DNA from: Deltaproteobacteria bacterium
Lineage (GTDB): Bacteria; Desulfobacterota; Binatia; Binatales; Binataceae
NCBI GenBank assembly: GCA_021799495.1
Contig: JAJZAI010000002.1
Location: 84,968-148,967, forward strand
DNA: 64,000 nucleotides
Reading direction: 5' to 3'
Shown: one piece after another, positions 1 through 10,255 of the stretch
How positions within the stretch are numbered: position 1 is the first letter of the stretch
How the letters are laid out: the number at the start of each line of letters is the position of its first letter
Notes under the pieces: generated by a model
What the model was told of the DNA's origin: nothing
What the model saw: only the letters and a program-made list of their open reading frames with translations
Databases searched by the model: none
Translations under genes and position numbers: made by a program

Positions 1-90
1 CGGAACCGAGCGCCGCGATCGCGATCACGACGATCGCGAGGGCGCCGAGCACGAAGGCCCCGACTCTGCGTGGACTGGTTCGTTTAGCCA
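1..90 (-). CDS. MlaD/Mce-family substrate-binding protein, N-terminal fragment (runs off window start)
   Basis: ATG at 90 on minus strand immediately after mlaF stop; N-terminus MAKRTSPRRVGAFVLGALAIVVIAIAALGS is a single TM anchor typical of MlaD; not in ORF track because truncated. Confidence 0.5.
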
Positions 91-908
91 TTTTTGGGCG
101 CGCTCTCCAAAAGCGATGCGCCGCGGGTCAGGAACTGGCGCACGCGGGGATTGTCAGAATGATCGCGCAAGTCACGCGGATTGCCGAGCGCGCCCAGCGT
201 GCGCGTCTCCGCGTCCAGAAAGATGCTGTTGTCGCCGATCGTGAAAATGCTCGGCAGCTCATGCGTGACGACGACGATCGTCGCGCCGAGGCTGTCGCGC
301 AGTTCAAGAATGAGCTCGTCGAGCAGGCGCGAGGTCACCGGATCGAGGCCGGCCGACGGTTCGTCGAGAAACAGCACGGCCGGATCGAGCGCGATCGCGC
401 GGGCGAGGCCGGCGCGTTTCTGCATGCCGCCGCTGATCTGGTTCGGATAGTAATCCTCGAAACCCCTGAGTCCGACCAGCGCCAGCTTGAGCGCGGCGAT
501 TTGGCGAATTTCGCCGGGCGCGAGATCGGTGAATTCGCCGAGCGGCAGGCCGACGTTTTCCGCAAGCGTCATCGAGCTCCACAGCGCGCCGCCCTGATAG
601 AGCACGCCGAACCGCCGCAGCATCGCCTCCCGATCTTCGATGTCGGCGGCGGTGAAGTTCTGGCCGTCGTAATAGACCGCGCCGGCGGCCGGCTCGATCA
701 GTCCGATCAGATGGCGGAGCAGGGTGCTTTTGCCGCATCCCGAACCGCCCATCACGATGAAGATTTCGCCGTGCCGCACCGCGAAATTCAGATCGCGCAT
801 CAGCACGAAGTCGCCGAACGCCATGGTCAGATCGCGCACTTCGATATGGACCGGGCGCTGCGCCGCGCGCGGCGCGGGATTTGCGGGAGTGGCTGCCTGA
901 CTGGACAT
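84..908 (-). CDS. mlaF: ABC transporter ATP-binding protein, MlaF-like
   Basis: Walker A GGSGCGKST, ABC signature ISGGMQKR, Walker B VLFLDEP; sits between MlaE-like permease and MlaD-like fragment. Confidence 0.9.
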   Translation of the reverse strand: MSSQAATPANPAPRAAQRPVHIEVRDLTMAFGDFVLMRDLNFAVRHGEIFIVMGGSGCGKSTLLRHLIGLIEPAAGAVYYDGQNFTAADIEDREAMLRRFGVLYQGGALWSSMTLAENVGLPLGEFTDLAPGEIRQIAALKLALVGLRGFEDYYPNQISGGMQKRAGLARAIALDPAVLFLDEPSAGLDPVTSRLLDELILELRDSLGATIVVVTHELPSIFTIGDNSIFLDAETRTLGALGNPRDLRDHSDNPRVRQFLTRGASLLESAPKNG

Positions 909-920
909 TTTGGACGAATT

Positions 921-2060
921 CTAAATGTTGAGTATATGGAAGAGCACCGCGAAAACGCCGCACGCGACGACGATCGCGACGATGCTCTCGACCACAGCGC
1001 GGGTCGCCGCGTCGCCGACGGCCGACGAACTGTTGCCGCATCGGAACCCTTCGTAACATCCGGCGAGCGCGATCAGGACGCCGTACACGACGCTTTTGAC
1101 CAGGCCGCCGATCAGGGTCGCGGTGAGAATCGCGGCGGAACTTTCCCGCAGATAGGTGTTCAGCGACAAGTTGAGCATCGTGAATCCGACCGTCGCGCCG
1201 CCGAGGATGCCGACCAGATCGGCATAGAGGCAAAGCAGCGGCATCATCAGGACGAGCGCGACGATGCGCGGCGCGGTGAGGAATTCCATCGGCGGAATTC
1301 CCATGGTCGCGAGCGCGTCGATTTCCTGCGTCACCTTCATCGTGCCGAGCCGGGCGGCGAAGGCGGCGCCGGTGCGGCCGGACATGATTATGCCGGTCAT
1401 CATCGCGCCCATCTCGCGGACCATCCCGATCGCGACGAGGTCGGCGACGTAAATCGCGGCGCCGAACTGCTGCAATTGAATCGCGCCCATGAAGGCGAGG
1501 ATCACGCCGACGAGGTAGCTGATCAGGGTGACGATGCCGAGCGCGTTGGCGCCGCAATCCTGGATTGCCTCCAGCAGATCGGAGCGGCGAAAACGCGCGC
1601 GCCCGACGCACATCCGGCCGAGCGCGATCGACGCCTCGCCCAGAAATTCCATGAAATCGCCGAAGCCTGCGAATTTTTCCAGCACCGCCGCGCCGACGCG
1701 GTCGAGCAAGGCCGACCGGCTGTCCGCCGCGCGGGCGTCGCGTTTTTCAGGTACGGCCTGCGCTAACGCGATCATCCGGACCAGTCCGTCGGGCAGGGCG
1801 CCGCGTTCGATCGCGATTTGGTGGGCGCCGCAATATTCCTCCAGATGGAGGACGAAGCTGACGAGGCTCGAATCCCACCGGCCTACCGCCGCCTCAAGGC
1901 GTATGGCGCGCGCGCCGGCGGCCTCGATCGCGCGTTCGACCGGCGCCGTCGCTGGCATGCCGTGACGAAGGCGCCAATCGCCGCCGATACGCACCACCGC
2001 GGCGCCCGAATTGTCGCGTTCGACGGCGACGCTGGGGGCGGACGAAGCTGGCGCAATCAT
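921..2060 (-). CDS. mlaE: MlaE-like ABC permease with N-terminal STAS-like domain
   Basis: C-terminal 260 aa multi-TM permease resembling MlaE/Ttg2B; about 120 aa N-terminal extension is STAS-like; ATG at 2060 overlaps upstream gene stop in an ATGA arrangement; alternative start 2087. Confidence 0.85.
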   Translation of the reverse strand: MIAPASSAPSVAVERDNSGAAVVRIGGDWRLRHGMPATAPVERAIEAAGARAIRLEAAVGRWDSSLVSFVLHLEEYCGAHQIAIERGALPDGLVRMIALAQAVPEKRDARAADSRSALLDRVGAAVLEKFAGFGDFMEFLGEASIALGRMCVGRARFRRSDLLEAIQDCGANALGIVTLISYLVGVILAFMGAIQLQQFGAAIYVADLVAIGMVREMGAMMTGIIMSGRTGAAFAARLGTMKVTQEIDALATMGIPPMEFLTAPRIVALVLMMPLLCLYADLVGILGGATVGFTMLNLSLNTYLRESSAAILTATLIGGLVKSVVYGVLIALAGCYEGFRCGNSSSAVGDAATRAVVESIVAIVVACGVFAVLFHILNI

Positions 2061-2779
2061 CCGGAAACGTCGCCCTCCTGATGCCATTGGGCGAGCCGGC
2101 CGGTGAGCGTTTCAGCCCAATAGTCGATCGCGGCGCGCGTATCGTTCCAATTCCAACGCGCGGCGGGTTTGGTCGTGCCGCCGCCGATACGCTGGTCGAT
2201 CCAGGCGAGCAGGGGAGCGCCCGTCGTCGAATCGGTGATTTCGCCGTCGCTCGCGGCGATTCCCGCGAAAGCGTAGGTCGCGGGCGAAAGCTCGGTCACG
2301 GCGCGTGCGAGGCGGTATTCCGGCAAAGGCGACGAGACCGAGCGGAGACCGCTCGCCGCGCCGCCGCGCGCCACGATTACGATTTTCAGCCGCATCACGT
2401 CCGGGCCGGGCGAATCGGCGATGACGAATTGGCTCGCCAGATGGCGCCGCAGCACTTCATACATATAGTCGCATAGAACGATTTGATCTTCGGGAGAAAC
2501 CTTGCCCGCGAAATTGCCGTCCCACGAAGTGACCGGATCGAGCATCACGCGGGAATATCGCGGCCAATCGGCGCCGGGATTGGCGTAATAGCTCATCGCG
2601 GCGCCTTCCGGGCCTTGATGCATCCGCGCGGCATCGGAAGCGGCGAGCGACGACGGCGGCGGCGCGATCACGTAGTGCGGGTCGGCGGGATCGGCGACCG
2701 GACCGCATCCGGCGGCGAGCACGGCCGCGATCAGCATCGCAAATCGGCGGATGCGATTATCGGGCGTAGTCCGGCGCAT
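2057..2779 (-). CDS. lipoprotein, DUF3313-like
   Basis: N-terminus RRFAMLIAAVLAAGC is a lipobox-type signal; stop overlaps mlaE start (translational coupling). Confidence 0.7.
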   Translation of the reverse strand: MRRTTPDNRIRRFAMLIAAVLAAGCGPVADPADPHYVIAPPPSSLAASDAARMHQGPEGAAMSYYANPGADWPRYSRVMLDPVTSWDGNFAGKVSPEDQIVLCDYMYEVLRRHLASQFVIADSPGPDVMRLKIVIVARGGAASGLRSVSSPLPEYRLARAVTELSPATYAFAGIAASDGEITDSTTGAPLLAWIDQRIGGGTTKPAARWNWNDTRAAIDYWAETLTGRLAQWHQEGDVSG

Positions 2780-2782
2780 TAT

Positions 2783-4012
2783 TCAATTCGTCGCGGATGA
2801 CGCCGCCGGCGGTTTGCCGGTTGGCCGTTCCGAATCCGGCGGAGCGCCGGAGCGATCGCTGGCGCGATCGCCGGTGGAAAAGCCGAGTTCATTGCGAATC
2901 ATGATGAAATGGGCGACGGCGGAGCGCGTGACGAGTCCGGTGAGCCGGCCGTTTTCGATCACCAGGAGCCGGCCGGTTTCCGCCTCCGACATCTGGCGCA
3001 GCGCCTGTGCGAGGGTGGCGTCGGGGCCGATTTCGAGCGCCTGACTGATCGGCTTCATCACCTCCGCAACACGTTTGGCGGCGCGCTCGGCCGCCGGACA
3101 GTCGCGAATTTGTGCGATCGCGAGCATCCCCACCGGACGGCCATCTTCGACCACGGGAAATCCGGTGTAACCGTGATGGGCGAAATGCTCGTTCACGGCG
3201 GCCGCGACCGTCGTTCCGGCGTCAATCACCTCCGGATCGCGGACCATCAGATCGCGCACCTGGGCGCCGCCGAGCACTTGCTCCATAATGATTCCCTGAT
3301 AGCTCGACGACGCCGCGCCTTTGAGGAAGAGCGCGATGAAGATCAGCCATAATCCGCCGACCAGCGCGCCGGCGAAAATCTCGAGCGCGCCGAGCGCGAT
3401 CAGGCCCCACGCGATACCGCGGCCCCAATCCGCGGCGCGCGCGGTCGCGCGCCGGAAATCTCCCGTGCGCGCCCAAATCGCGGCGCGCAGAATCCTGCCT
3501 CCATCCAGCGGAAATCCCGGCAACAGATTGAATAGCCCCAGCGCGATATTGATGAAGCCGAGGTAGTCGAAAACCGAGGCCCACATCGGATGGCCATGGC
3601 GGAATCCGAACAAAGTCGGAATCCAGAAAAAGAACACGCCGAGCACGAAACTGGTCAGCGGTCCCGCCGCCGCGATTTTCAGTTCGGCGTTGGCGTCGGT
3701 CGGTTCGTGGCCAAGATGAGCCATGCCGCCAAAAATGAACAATGAGATGCGCTTGACCGGCTGGCCCAACGAATTGCCGACTATCGCATGCGATAGCTCG
3801 TGAATAACTATTGAAGCGAAAAATAGAAAAGTACCGACAATGCCGACCGTCCAGTATTCGGAAGTCGGATAGCCGGGATGAACTTCAGGGAAATAGCCGG
3901 CCGAAAGGCTCCACAGCACCAGGACGAAAATAACCAGCCATGAGTAATCGATGGCGATCTGTACGCCTGCAATTTTGAAAAGATCGAATTCCTGCCGGCT
4001 TTTTCGGTCCAT
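2783..4012 (-). CDS. site-2 protease family (M50) zinc metalloprotease with CBS domain pair
   Basis: HELSHA zinc motif in TM helix, LPGFPLDGG motif, C-terminal tandem CBS-like region; start at MDRKSRQ (ORF extends to 4090). Confidence 0.85.
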   Translation of the reverse strand: MDRKSRQEFDLFKIAGVQIAIDYSWLVIFVLVLWSLSAGYFPEVHPGYPTSEYWTVGIVGTFLFFASIVIHELSHAIVGNSLGQPVKRISLFIFGGMAHLGHEPTDANAELKIAAAGPLTSFVLGVFFFWIPTLFGFRHGHPMWASVFDYLGFINIALGLFNLLPGFPLDGGRILRAAIWARTGDFRRATARAADWGRGIAWGLIALGALEIFAGALVGGLWLIFIALFLKGAASSSYQGIIMEQVLGGAQVRDLMVRDPEVIDAGTTVAAAVNEHFAHHGYTGFPVVEDGRPVGMLAIAQIRDCPAAERAAKRVAEVMKPISQALEIGPDATLAQALRQMSEAETGRLLVIENGRLTGLVTRSAVAHFIMIRNELGFSTGDRASDRSGAPPDSERPTGKPPAASSATN

Positions 4013-4225
4013 CTGATGCCTCTCCAGTCCGGGATGACAAGATCGTGGTTTGAGGCGGCGTCGAATCTTCGATATGAACCGGCACCGCACCCGCTCGATA
4101 AAATGATGCCTGAACGCTGGCGAAGGGTCTATGCAAAGCCAGCGGCGAGAAATCCGCGTGGCGCCGCCAAGGCTCCGTGCGGCCGTCAGCGGAGCGCCGT
4201 ACCCGCCGAATCCCGGCGAAACGGC

Positions 4226-4732
4226 CTACGGCGATGGTTCCGGCGAGGGACTGGGAGTCGGCGCCGCTTGCAAAGTTTTGACGAACTCGAGATGGAGCGT
4301 CATCACGCCCGCGGCGACGTTCAGGCCCTTGTTGCCCTCGATGCTCAACGGTTGAAGCGTGATGGATTTCTCCGAGCCGCCGATCAGAATCTGAAAGCCG
4401 CCGCCAACGCCCAGGGTCGCGCTGCCGGCTACGCCCGCATAATCGCCAGCGAGGGAGCCGGGGCCGAGATGCATGTTCTGGCTGTACACGCCCCAGAGCA
4501 TCACCGCCGAAGAGAGATAACCGATATCGGCGCCGTATTTGTCGATGCGCCCTTTGTATTCATCGGTGCGTCCATCGACGGTCGCGTAAGTGCAAACGAC
4601 GTCGCGGGTGGAACCGAAGATGAAGCCGAAGCCGCCAGCGACGTTGCAGGTTAGAAATCCCGCCGAAGGCTTCGTGCGCGGGGCTTTAAGCCGCTGCGCG
4701 GCGGCGGGGAATTGAAGCATGCCCAGCGCCAT
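4226..4732 (-). CDS. secreted hypothetical protein (possibly DUF992)
   Basis: ORF track gives 4226..5212 but the upstream 160 aa are Arg-rich junk; internal ATG at 4732 gives MALGMLQFPAAAQ signal-like N-terminus; Gly-rich mature region ending in a PSPSPEPSP tail. Confidence 0.55.
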   Translation of the reverse strand: MALGMLQFPAAAQRLKAPRTKPSAGFLTCNVAGGFGFIFGSTRDVVCTYATVDGRTDEYKGRIDKYGADIGYLSSAVMLWGVYSQNMHLGPGSLAGDYAGVAGSATLGVGGGFQILIGGSEKSITLQPLSIEGNKGLNVAAGVMTLHLEFVKTLQAAPTPSPSPEPSP

Positions 4733-4818
4733 CGCCGCGGCGGTCGCGGTGAAGCGAAAGGATCGCTGCGCGCCAGCGGCGGGCCAATTGAGTCGTCGGC
4801 GCTTGCGCGGCGCGCGGT

Positions 4819-5637
4819 TCAACTTGCCGTTGGCGCGAAGAACGCGATCGTTCGCGCTTCGATACTTTCGCGCGGCGCCGCGCCGGGCGGGGTCGCCGCA
4901 TCCTCGAACGCCGAATGGGCGGTGTAGCGCGCGCGATTCGGATCGGAATCGAAGCACTTGAGCAACAGTACTTCGTCCGGCCGCATCCGCGAGAAGTAAT
5001 ACCATCGATGCCGCGGATTGTAGCGGACCGAATAAACTTCGCCGATGCGGTCGCGATAGACGAGGTCGGTGGCGATAAAATCGCTCTGCGTCATGCTGCG
5101 CGCGTCGCAAACCGCCAGCGCCGATTGCTCGACCGGGCCGCGTATCGGACGCCATACGTTGATAAAGACGTACCTGTGCTGGAGCACGCGTTCGGCCTCC
5201 GCATCGCCGCACAGTTCGCGCACGCGCTGCGGTCCCGATTTCAAAGTGTAGTCGTTATGGGCGAAACGCACCGGCTCCCGGACGCCATATTTGGCGCGCG
5301 CCTCTTTCGAGCCGTTGCGCACGTTGTGGTCGAAGACCAGCACGCGGGCCGCGCCGAGAATTTCGCGCACCAGCCGTTCCATCTCGGGGTAATAGACGCG
5401 CCTGACTTCGCTCTCGTCGTAAAAATTGCCGATCGCGCTGCGATGACCGGTGAGCATGAAGCCTTCGACGTCCAGCGACGGCTGGGCGCCGACCGTGCGG
5501 CCGTCGATGATCGGAACTTCGTGTTTGACGGTGCGGCCGGTTCGCGCGGGCGTTCCGGGCGGCGGCGCGTAGGTATAGTTGACCGGTTTTTCGGACATGT
5601 CGTCGAGATAGTTGAGTACGCCCTGAACCTGTTCCAT
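4819..5637 (-). CDS. hypothetical protein, possible CmcJ/NvfI-like oxidoreductase
   Basis: 273 aa from MEQVQGVLNYLDD; globular, non-repetitive composition; family assignment from memory only. Confidence 0.5.
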   Translation of the reverse strand: MEQVQGVLNYLDDMSEKPVNYTYAPPPGTPARTGRTVKHEVPIIDGRTVGAQPSLDVEGFMLTGHRSAIGNFYDESEVRRVYYPEMERLVREILGAARVLVFDHNVRNGSKEARAKYGVREPVRFAHNDYTLKSGPQRVRELCGDAEAERVLQHRYVFINVWRPIRGPVEQSALAVCDARSMTQSDFIATDLVYRDRIGEVYSVRYNPRHRWYYFSRMRPDEVLLLKCFDSDPNRARYTAHSAFEDAATPPGAAPRESIEARTIAFFAPTAS

Positions 5638-5916
5638 CGCACACTCCGTGTCCGGCGTTCGCCTGCCGGCTCGATTTACGATTCTATAGCCCGTTTCGGC
5701 CTCAAGGAAAATCCGCGCATCGCCGCCATAGTGGTGCGCGCATGGAGGCCGATCTGGAGTTGGCGTGGACAATTCGAGCGAAGGGGGTTGCTTTGCTGGC
5801 GGCGCCATAGGAAAAAATTATTGGAGATCGAGTCGTCATTATGAACCGCCGTTTGATCTTGTCGATGCGAGGGATCGCCGTGCAGCGCGCAGCCGGACGT
5901 CCAGAATAACGCCGTC

Positions 5917-8364
5917 ATGGCCGTACCTTCAGTTGCGGAGAACAACCGCCAGCTTTTCATCCGGCTGATTGACCACCATATTCGCTTCACGCTCGCGAAA
6001 CGGCGGGTTCAGCTCAGCAAGCATGACTGGTACCGGGTCGCGGCGCTCGCGGCGCGCGATCTTCTGGTCGAGAAGATGCTGGATACGCAGGCGCGTTTCG
6101 AGCGCGCCAATCGTAAGAAGGTCTGTTACCTGTCGCTTGAATTCCTGATCGGCCGTTCGCTCGAAAACAATCTTCTGAATCTCGGGATCATCGACGATTG
6201 CCGGAATTTCCTGGGTGAAAACGGCGTCGATCTGCAACTCCTTTTCGATGAGGAGCCCGACGCCGCGCTCGGCAACGGCGGCCTTGGCCGCCTGGCCGCC
6301 TGCTTTCTAGATTCCCTCGCGACGCTGAATCTGCCCGGCTACGGCTATGGAATCAATTACGAATACGGCCTGTTCCGGCAGGAGATTCGCGACGGCCATC
6401 AGGTTGAGCGCCCCGACAGTTGGCAGCGGGAAAGCTCGCCGTGGCTGGTGCCGCGTCCGGAAGAGGCCTGTTTGATACCGGTTTACGGCCGTATCGAGCA
6501 CCGTATCGACCGCGAAGGCAAATACAACCCCGCATGGGTTGACTGGCGGTTGCTTGCCGGCGTGCCGTCGGACCTGCCGATCGTCGGCTACGGCGGCGAC
6601 ACGGTGAATTACGTGCGGCTTTACTCCGCCGGCGCGTCGAGCGAATTCGACATGCAGATTTTCAACGCCGGCGACTACATGAAGGCGGTCGAGCAGAAGA
6701 TGGTTTCGGAAACCATCTCGAAAGTGCTCTATCCGTCGGACGCGGTGCAGGCGGGCCGGGAGCTGCGCCTTTTGCAGGAATATTTTTTCGTCGCCTGCGC
6801 GATTCGCGATATCGTGCGCGGTTTCCTGCGCCGCGGCGAGGATCTTTTCGATTTTCCGGGGAAAATCGCGATTCAGCTCAATGACACCCATCCGGCGCTC
6901 GCGGTCGCGGAATTGATGCGGCTGTTCGTGGACGAATACGATTTGCGCTGGGAATTGGCGTGGGACCTGACGCGCTCCGCCGTCGCCTACACCAATCATA
7001 CGCTGCTGCCCGAGGCGCTCGAGCGCTGGCCGCTGTCGTTGCTTGAGCGCGTCGTGCCGCGCCATTTGCAGATTATCCAGGAAATCAACCGCCGCTTTCT
7101 GGCCGAGGTGCAAAGCGCATGGCCGGAGGATCCTGACCGCGCGCGGCGGATGTCGATTATCGAGGACGGACATGAGCCGCAGGCGCGGATGGCGCATCTT
7201 GCGATCGTCGGCAGCCATTCCGTCAACGGCGTCTCCGCGCTTCATTCCGACCTGCTGAAGCGCCGCCTGATGCCCGATTTCAGCGAACTCTGGCCGCAAC
7301 GCTTCAGCAACAAGACCAACGGCGTGACGCAGCGCCGATGGCTGCTGGCGGCGAATCCGGGATTGTCGGAACTGCTGGACGAGACGGTCGGCCCCGGCTG
7401 GGAGACGAACCTCGAGGACTTGCGCGGACTCGAGTCATACGCCGGCGATGCGGCGATGCAGACGCGCTTCGGCGCGATCAAGCGCGCCAACAAGGAACGC
7501 CTCGCCCGGATCGTTAACCGTATCGCGCACGTCGATCTCGATCCCGCGGCGATCTTCGACGTTCAGGCCAAACGTATCCACGAATACAAGCGCCAACTGC
7601 TGATGGCGCTCGGAATCGTGCATCAGTATCTCGCCATCATCGAGGACGGCGCCGAGCCGCCCGCGCCGCGCGCCTATCTGATGGCGGGCAAGGCGGCGCC
7701 GGGTTATTGGGCGGCCAAGATGATCGTCAAGCTGATCAACAATCTGGCCGAAACGATCAACGCCGACAGCCGCACGCATGGGCTGATCAGAGTCGCGTTT
7801 TTACCCGATTACAAAGTCTCGCTGGCCGAGAAAATCATTCCGGCCGCGGACATATCTGAACAGATTTCGACCGCCGGGATGGAGGCGTCGGGAACCGGCA
7901 ACATGAAATTCGCGATGAACGGCGCGCTGACGATCGGCACGCTGGACGGCGCCAATATCGAAATCCGCGCGGCGGTCGGCGCCGAGAATATCCATATTTT
8001 CGGACTGACCGCGGAACGAATCGCGGAACTCAAACGAACCGGCGCATACCGTCCGCAGGAGTATTACGATCGCGACCCGCGCATCCGCCGCGTGCTCGAC
8101 GCGCTCGCCTCGGATCGATTCTGTCCGGATGAACCGGGGCTTTTCCGATGGATTCGCGACGTGCTGCTGAATCGCGACGAATATTTCCTGCTCGCCGATT
8201 TCGCGGAATATATAGAGACGCAGGCGGCGATGACGCATGATTATGTCGAGCCGGAGAAATGGTATCGCAAGGCGATTCTTAACGTCGCGCGCATCGGCTA
8301 TTTTTCGAGCGATCGCACGGTCCGGGAATACAGCCGCGACATCTGGGGCCTGACCCCGGCGTGA
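5917..8364 (+). CDS. glgP: glycogen/alpha-glucan phosphorylase
   Basis: 815 aa; PLP-site motif EASGTGNMKFAMNGALTIGTLDGANIEI; full-length GT35 architecture. Confidence 0.95.
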   Translation: MAVPSVAENNRQLFIRLIDHHIRFTLAKRRVQLSKHDWYRVAALAARDLLVEKMLDTQARFERANRKKVCYLSLEFLIGRSLENNLLNLGIIDDCRNFLGENGVDLQLLFDEEPDAALGNGGLGRLAACFLDSLATLNLPGYGYGINYEYGLFRQEIRDGHQVERPDSWQRESSPWLVPRPEEACLIPVYGRIEHRIDREGKYNPAWVDWRLLAGVPSDLPIVGYGGDTVNYVRLYSAGASSEFDMQIFNAGDYMKAVEQKMVSETISKVLYPSDAVQAGRELRLLQEYFFVACAIRDIVRGFLRRGEDLFDFPGKIAIQLNDTHPALAVAELMRLFVDEYDLRWELAWDLTRSAVAYTNHTLLPEALERWPLSLLERVVPRHLQIIQEINRRFLAEVQSAWPEDPDRARRMSIIEDGHEPQARMAHLAIVGSHSVNGVSALHSDLLKRRLMPDFSELWPQRFSNKTNGVTQRRWLLAANPGLSELLDETVGPGWETNLEDLRGLESYAGDAAMQTRFGAIKRANKERLARIVNRIAHVDLDPAAIFDVQAKRIHEYKRQLLMALGIVHQYLAIIEDGAEPPAPRAYLMAGKAAPGYWAAKMIVKLINNLAETINADSRTHGLIRVAFLPDYKVSLAEKIIPAADISEQISTAGMEASGTGNMKFAMNGALTIGTLDGANIEIRAAVGAENIHIFGLTAERIAELKRTGAYRPQEYYDRDPRIRRVLDALASDRFCPDEPGLFRWIRDVLLNRDEYFLLADFAEYIETQAAMTHDYVEPEKWYRKAILNVARIGYFSSDRTVREYSRDIWGLTPA

Positions 8365-8431
8365 TCCTTTCCGACATTCCATCCTCAGCGCCATACCTGT
8401 TCGGATTTCCGGCAAGGTACGGAGAAAGGGC

Positions 8432-10252
8432 GTGACGATGAAACGCCGCCATCATGGAGCGCGCCGCGCCGCCGCGCACGCGCCGCGCCGTTCGCAAGCC
8501 GTGGAGCGTGCGGCTCGGATGCGTGGAAGGCGCATGCTGGTTGCGATGTTCGCGGCCCTCGCGCTGGCCGTGTGCGCGCCGATTCGGCAGGCGAGAGCGC
8601 AAACCGCCGCGCCGGGGGCGGCCGCGTCGCCGGCGGCCAGCCCGGCTGGCGCCGCAATCCAATCGCTGGCGGCTGCGGGGAAACTGCCGGAGCTGCATTG
8701 GCCCGATTTTTCCGATTACCGTTCGGCGGTCGTCGAGTTCTACGGCGCCGGCGGATGGACGCCGGCGTGGACCGCGGACGGCGCGCCCACCACCGCCGCG
8801 CTCGGCATGATCGATCTTTTCCGGCAGGCGCGGCTCAAAGGACTTAATCCCGACGATTACGACGGCGGCTTATGGCCGGCGCGGCTCGCCCGATTGCGTT
8901 CCGAAGGCGCGCGCGCCACGCCCGCCGATATCGCGCGGTTCGACGTCGCGATGACGGTATGCGCGATGCGATACCTGTCGGATTTGCATATTGGCCGGGT
9001 CAATCCGAACGATGTGAAATTTTTTCTCGACGCCGGATCGAAGAAGCTCGATCTGGCGCAAACCCTGCGCGTGGACTTTATCGGCGCGGCGGATCCCGCC
9101 GCGATCGTCACCCAGGTCGAGCCGCCGTACGCCGAATATCAGCGTGCCGAAGTCGCGCTCGCACACTATCTTGAACTGGCGCGCGGCGGCGACGAGCCGG
9201 TCCTGCCGCCGCCGGCCGCATCGGTCCATCCGGGCGACGCGTATCCCGATCTCACGCAACTCGCTGCGCGCCTGAAACTGGTTGGCGACCTTCCGGCCGA
9301 TGTGAGCGTGCCCACCGGATCCACCCGCTATCAAGGAGCGATCGTTGACGCGGTGCGGCATTTCCAGCGCCGGCACGGTCTCGCGACCGACGGCGTACTG
9401 GGCAGGGCGACAATCGCCGCGCTGAACGTGCCGCTGCGCGTGCGGATCGAGGAACTCGGCTACACGCTGGAGCGGTACCGCTGGATGCCGCTGGATTTTC
9501 CGGAGCCGCCGATCGTCGTCAACCTGCCAGAATTCATCCTGCGCACGATGCGCCGGCAGCCGGCGCCGTTTCTTGAAATGCGCGTCGTGGTCGGAAAAGC
9601 CTATCGCCATCAGACGCCCGTTTTCACCGGGATGATGCGTTACGTGATTTTCCGGCCGTGGTGGAACGTGCCGTATTCGATCACGCGCGCCGAGCTCATT
9701 CCTAAGATACTCAAGAATCGCAATTACCTGGCCGCCAACAACTTCGCCGTATTCACGTCGGGCGGAACGATGGTCAGCGACGGCGCGGTTACTGACGGCA
9801 TCCTGGCTGGATTGCGCTCCGGTTCGCTGAATATCCGGCAGAAGCCCGGCCCGAAAAACGCGCTCGGCCTGGTCAAGTTCATATTCCCCAATTCTTACAA
9901 CGTCTATCTGCACAGCACGCCCGCGCCCGAGTTGTTTGAAAAGTCCCGGCGCGATTTCAGCCACGGATGCATCCGCGTGCAGAACCCGGTCGGACTGGCG
10001 GCGTGGGTCTTGCGCGGGATGCCCGCGTGGACCACCGACCGGATCGTGCAGACGATGAACGGCGGCCAAACGCTGCAAGTCAATCTGCCCCGGCCGATTC
10101 CGGTGCTGATCATCTATCTGACCGCCGAGGTCGAGCCGGACGGCGAAGTGCGCTTCTTCGACGATATTTACGGGCACGACGCCGAGCTGCGCCAGGCGCT
10201 CGCCGCGCGCCGGCGGCTCGCCGCGGCGTCCGCGTCGGAAGCCGCGCCGTGA
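8432..10252 (+). CDS. L,D-transpeptidase with peptidoglycan-binding domain (YcbB/LdtD-like)
   Basis: Catalytic motif HSTPAPELFEKSRRDFSHGCIRV; PG_binding-like RHFQRRHGLATDGVLGRATIAAL; signal peptide MLVAMFAALALAVCAPIRQARA (start may be 8519). Confidence 0.85.
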   Translation: MTMKRRHHGARRAAAHAPRRSQAVERAARMRGRRMLVAMFAALALAVCAPIRQARAQTAAPGAAASPAASPAGAAIQSLAAAGKLPELHWPDFSDYRSAVVEFYGAGGWTPAWTADGAPTTAALGMIDLFRQARLKGLNPDDYDGGLWPARLARLRSEGARATPADIARFDVAMTVCAMRYLSDLHIGRVNPNDVKFFLDAGSKKLDLAQTLRVDFIGAADPAAIVTQVEPPYAEYQRAEVALAHYLELARGGDEPVLPPPAASVHPGDAYPDLTQLAARLKLVGDLPADVSVPTGSTRYQGAIVDAVRHFQRRHGLATDGVLGRATIAALNVPLRVRIEELGYTLERYRWMPLDFPEPPIVVNLPEFILRTMRRQPAPFLEMRVVVGKAYRHQTPVFTGMMRYVIFRPWWNVPYSITRAELIPKILKNRNYLAANNFAVFTSGGTMVSDGAVTDGILAGLRSGSLNIRQKPGPKNALGLVKFIFPNSYNVYLHSTPAPELFEKSRRDFSHGCIRVQNPVGLAAWVLRGMPAWTTDRIVQTMNGGQTLQVNLPRPIPVLIIYLTAEVEPDGEVRFFDDIYGHDAELRQALAARRRLAAASASEAAP

Positions 10253-10255
10253 CGA

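Noticed and set aside
159-1766. 535-aa ORF on the plus strand, plus the 435-aa ORF 304..1611 on the minus strand
   Set aside because: Antisense or out-of-frame relative to mlaF and mlaE, which carry unambiguous Walker and permease motifs. The products are Arg/Ala/Asp low-complexity with no motifs, a typical GC-rich shadow ORF.
4733-5212. Upstream in-frame 160-aa extension of the DUF992-like ORF (4226..5212), and the N-terminal extension of 4819..5808
   Set aside because: The extensions are Arg/Pro-rich, overlap each other in different frames and lack signal peptides. Internal ATGs (4732 and 5637) give compact, sensible proteins.
6307-7299. 330-aa minus-strand ORF inside glgP
   Set aside because: glgP on the plus strand is full-length with its PLP motif. 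The antisense product is Arg/Ala-rich with no domain.
8870-10177. 435-aa minus-strand ORF opposite the L,D-transpeptidase gene
   Set aside because: The plus-strand product has signal peptide, PG-binding and catalytic HxxSHGC motifs. The antisense product has no features.
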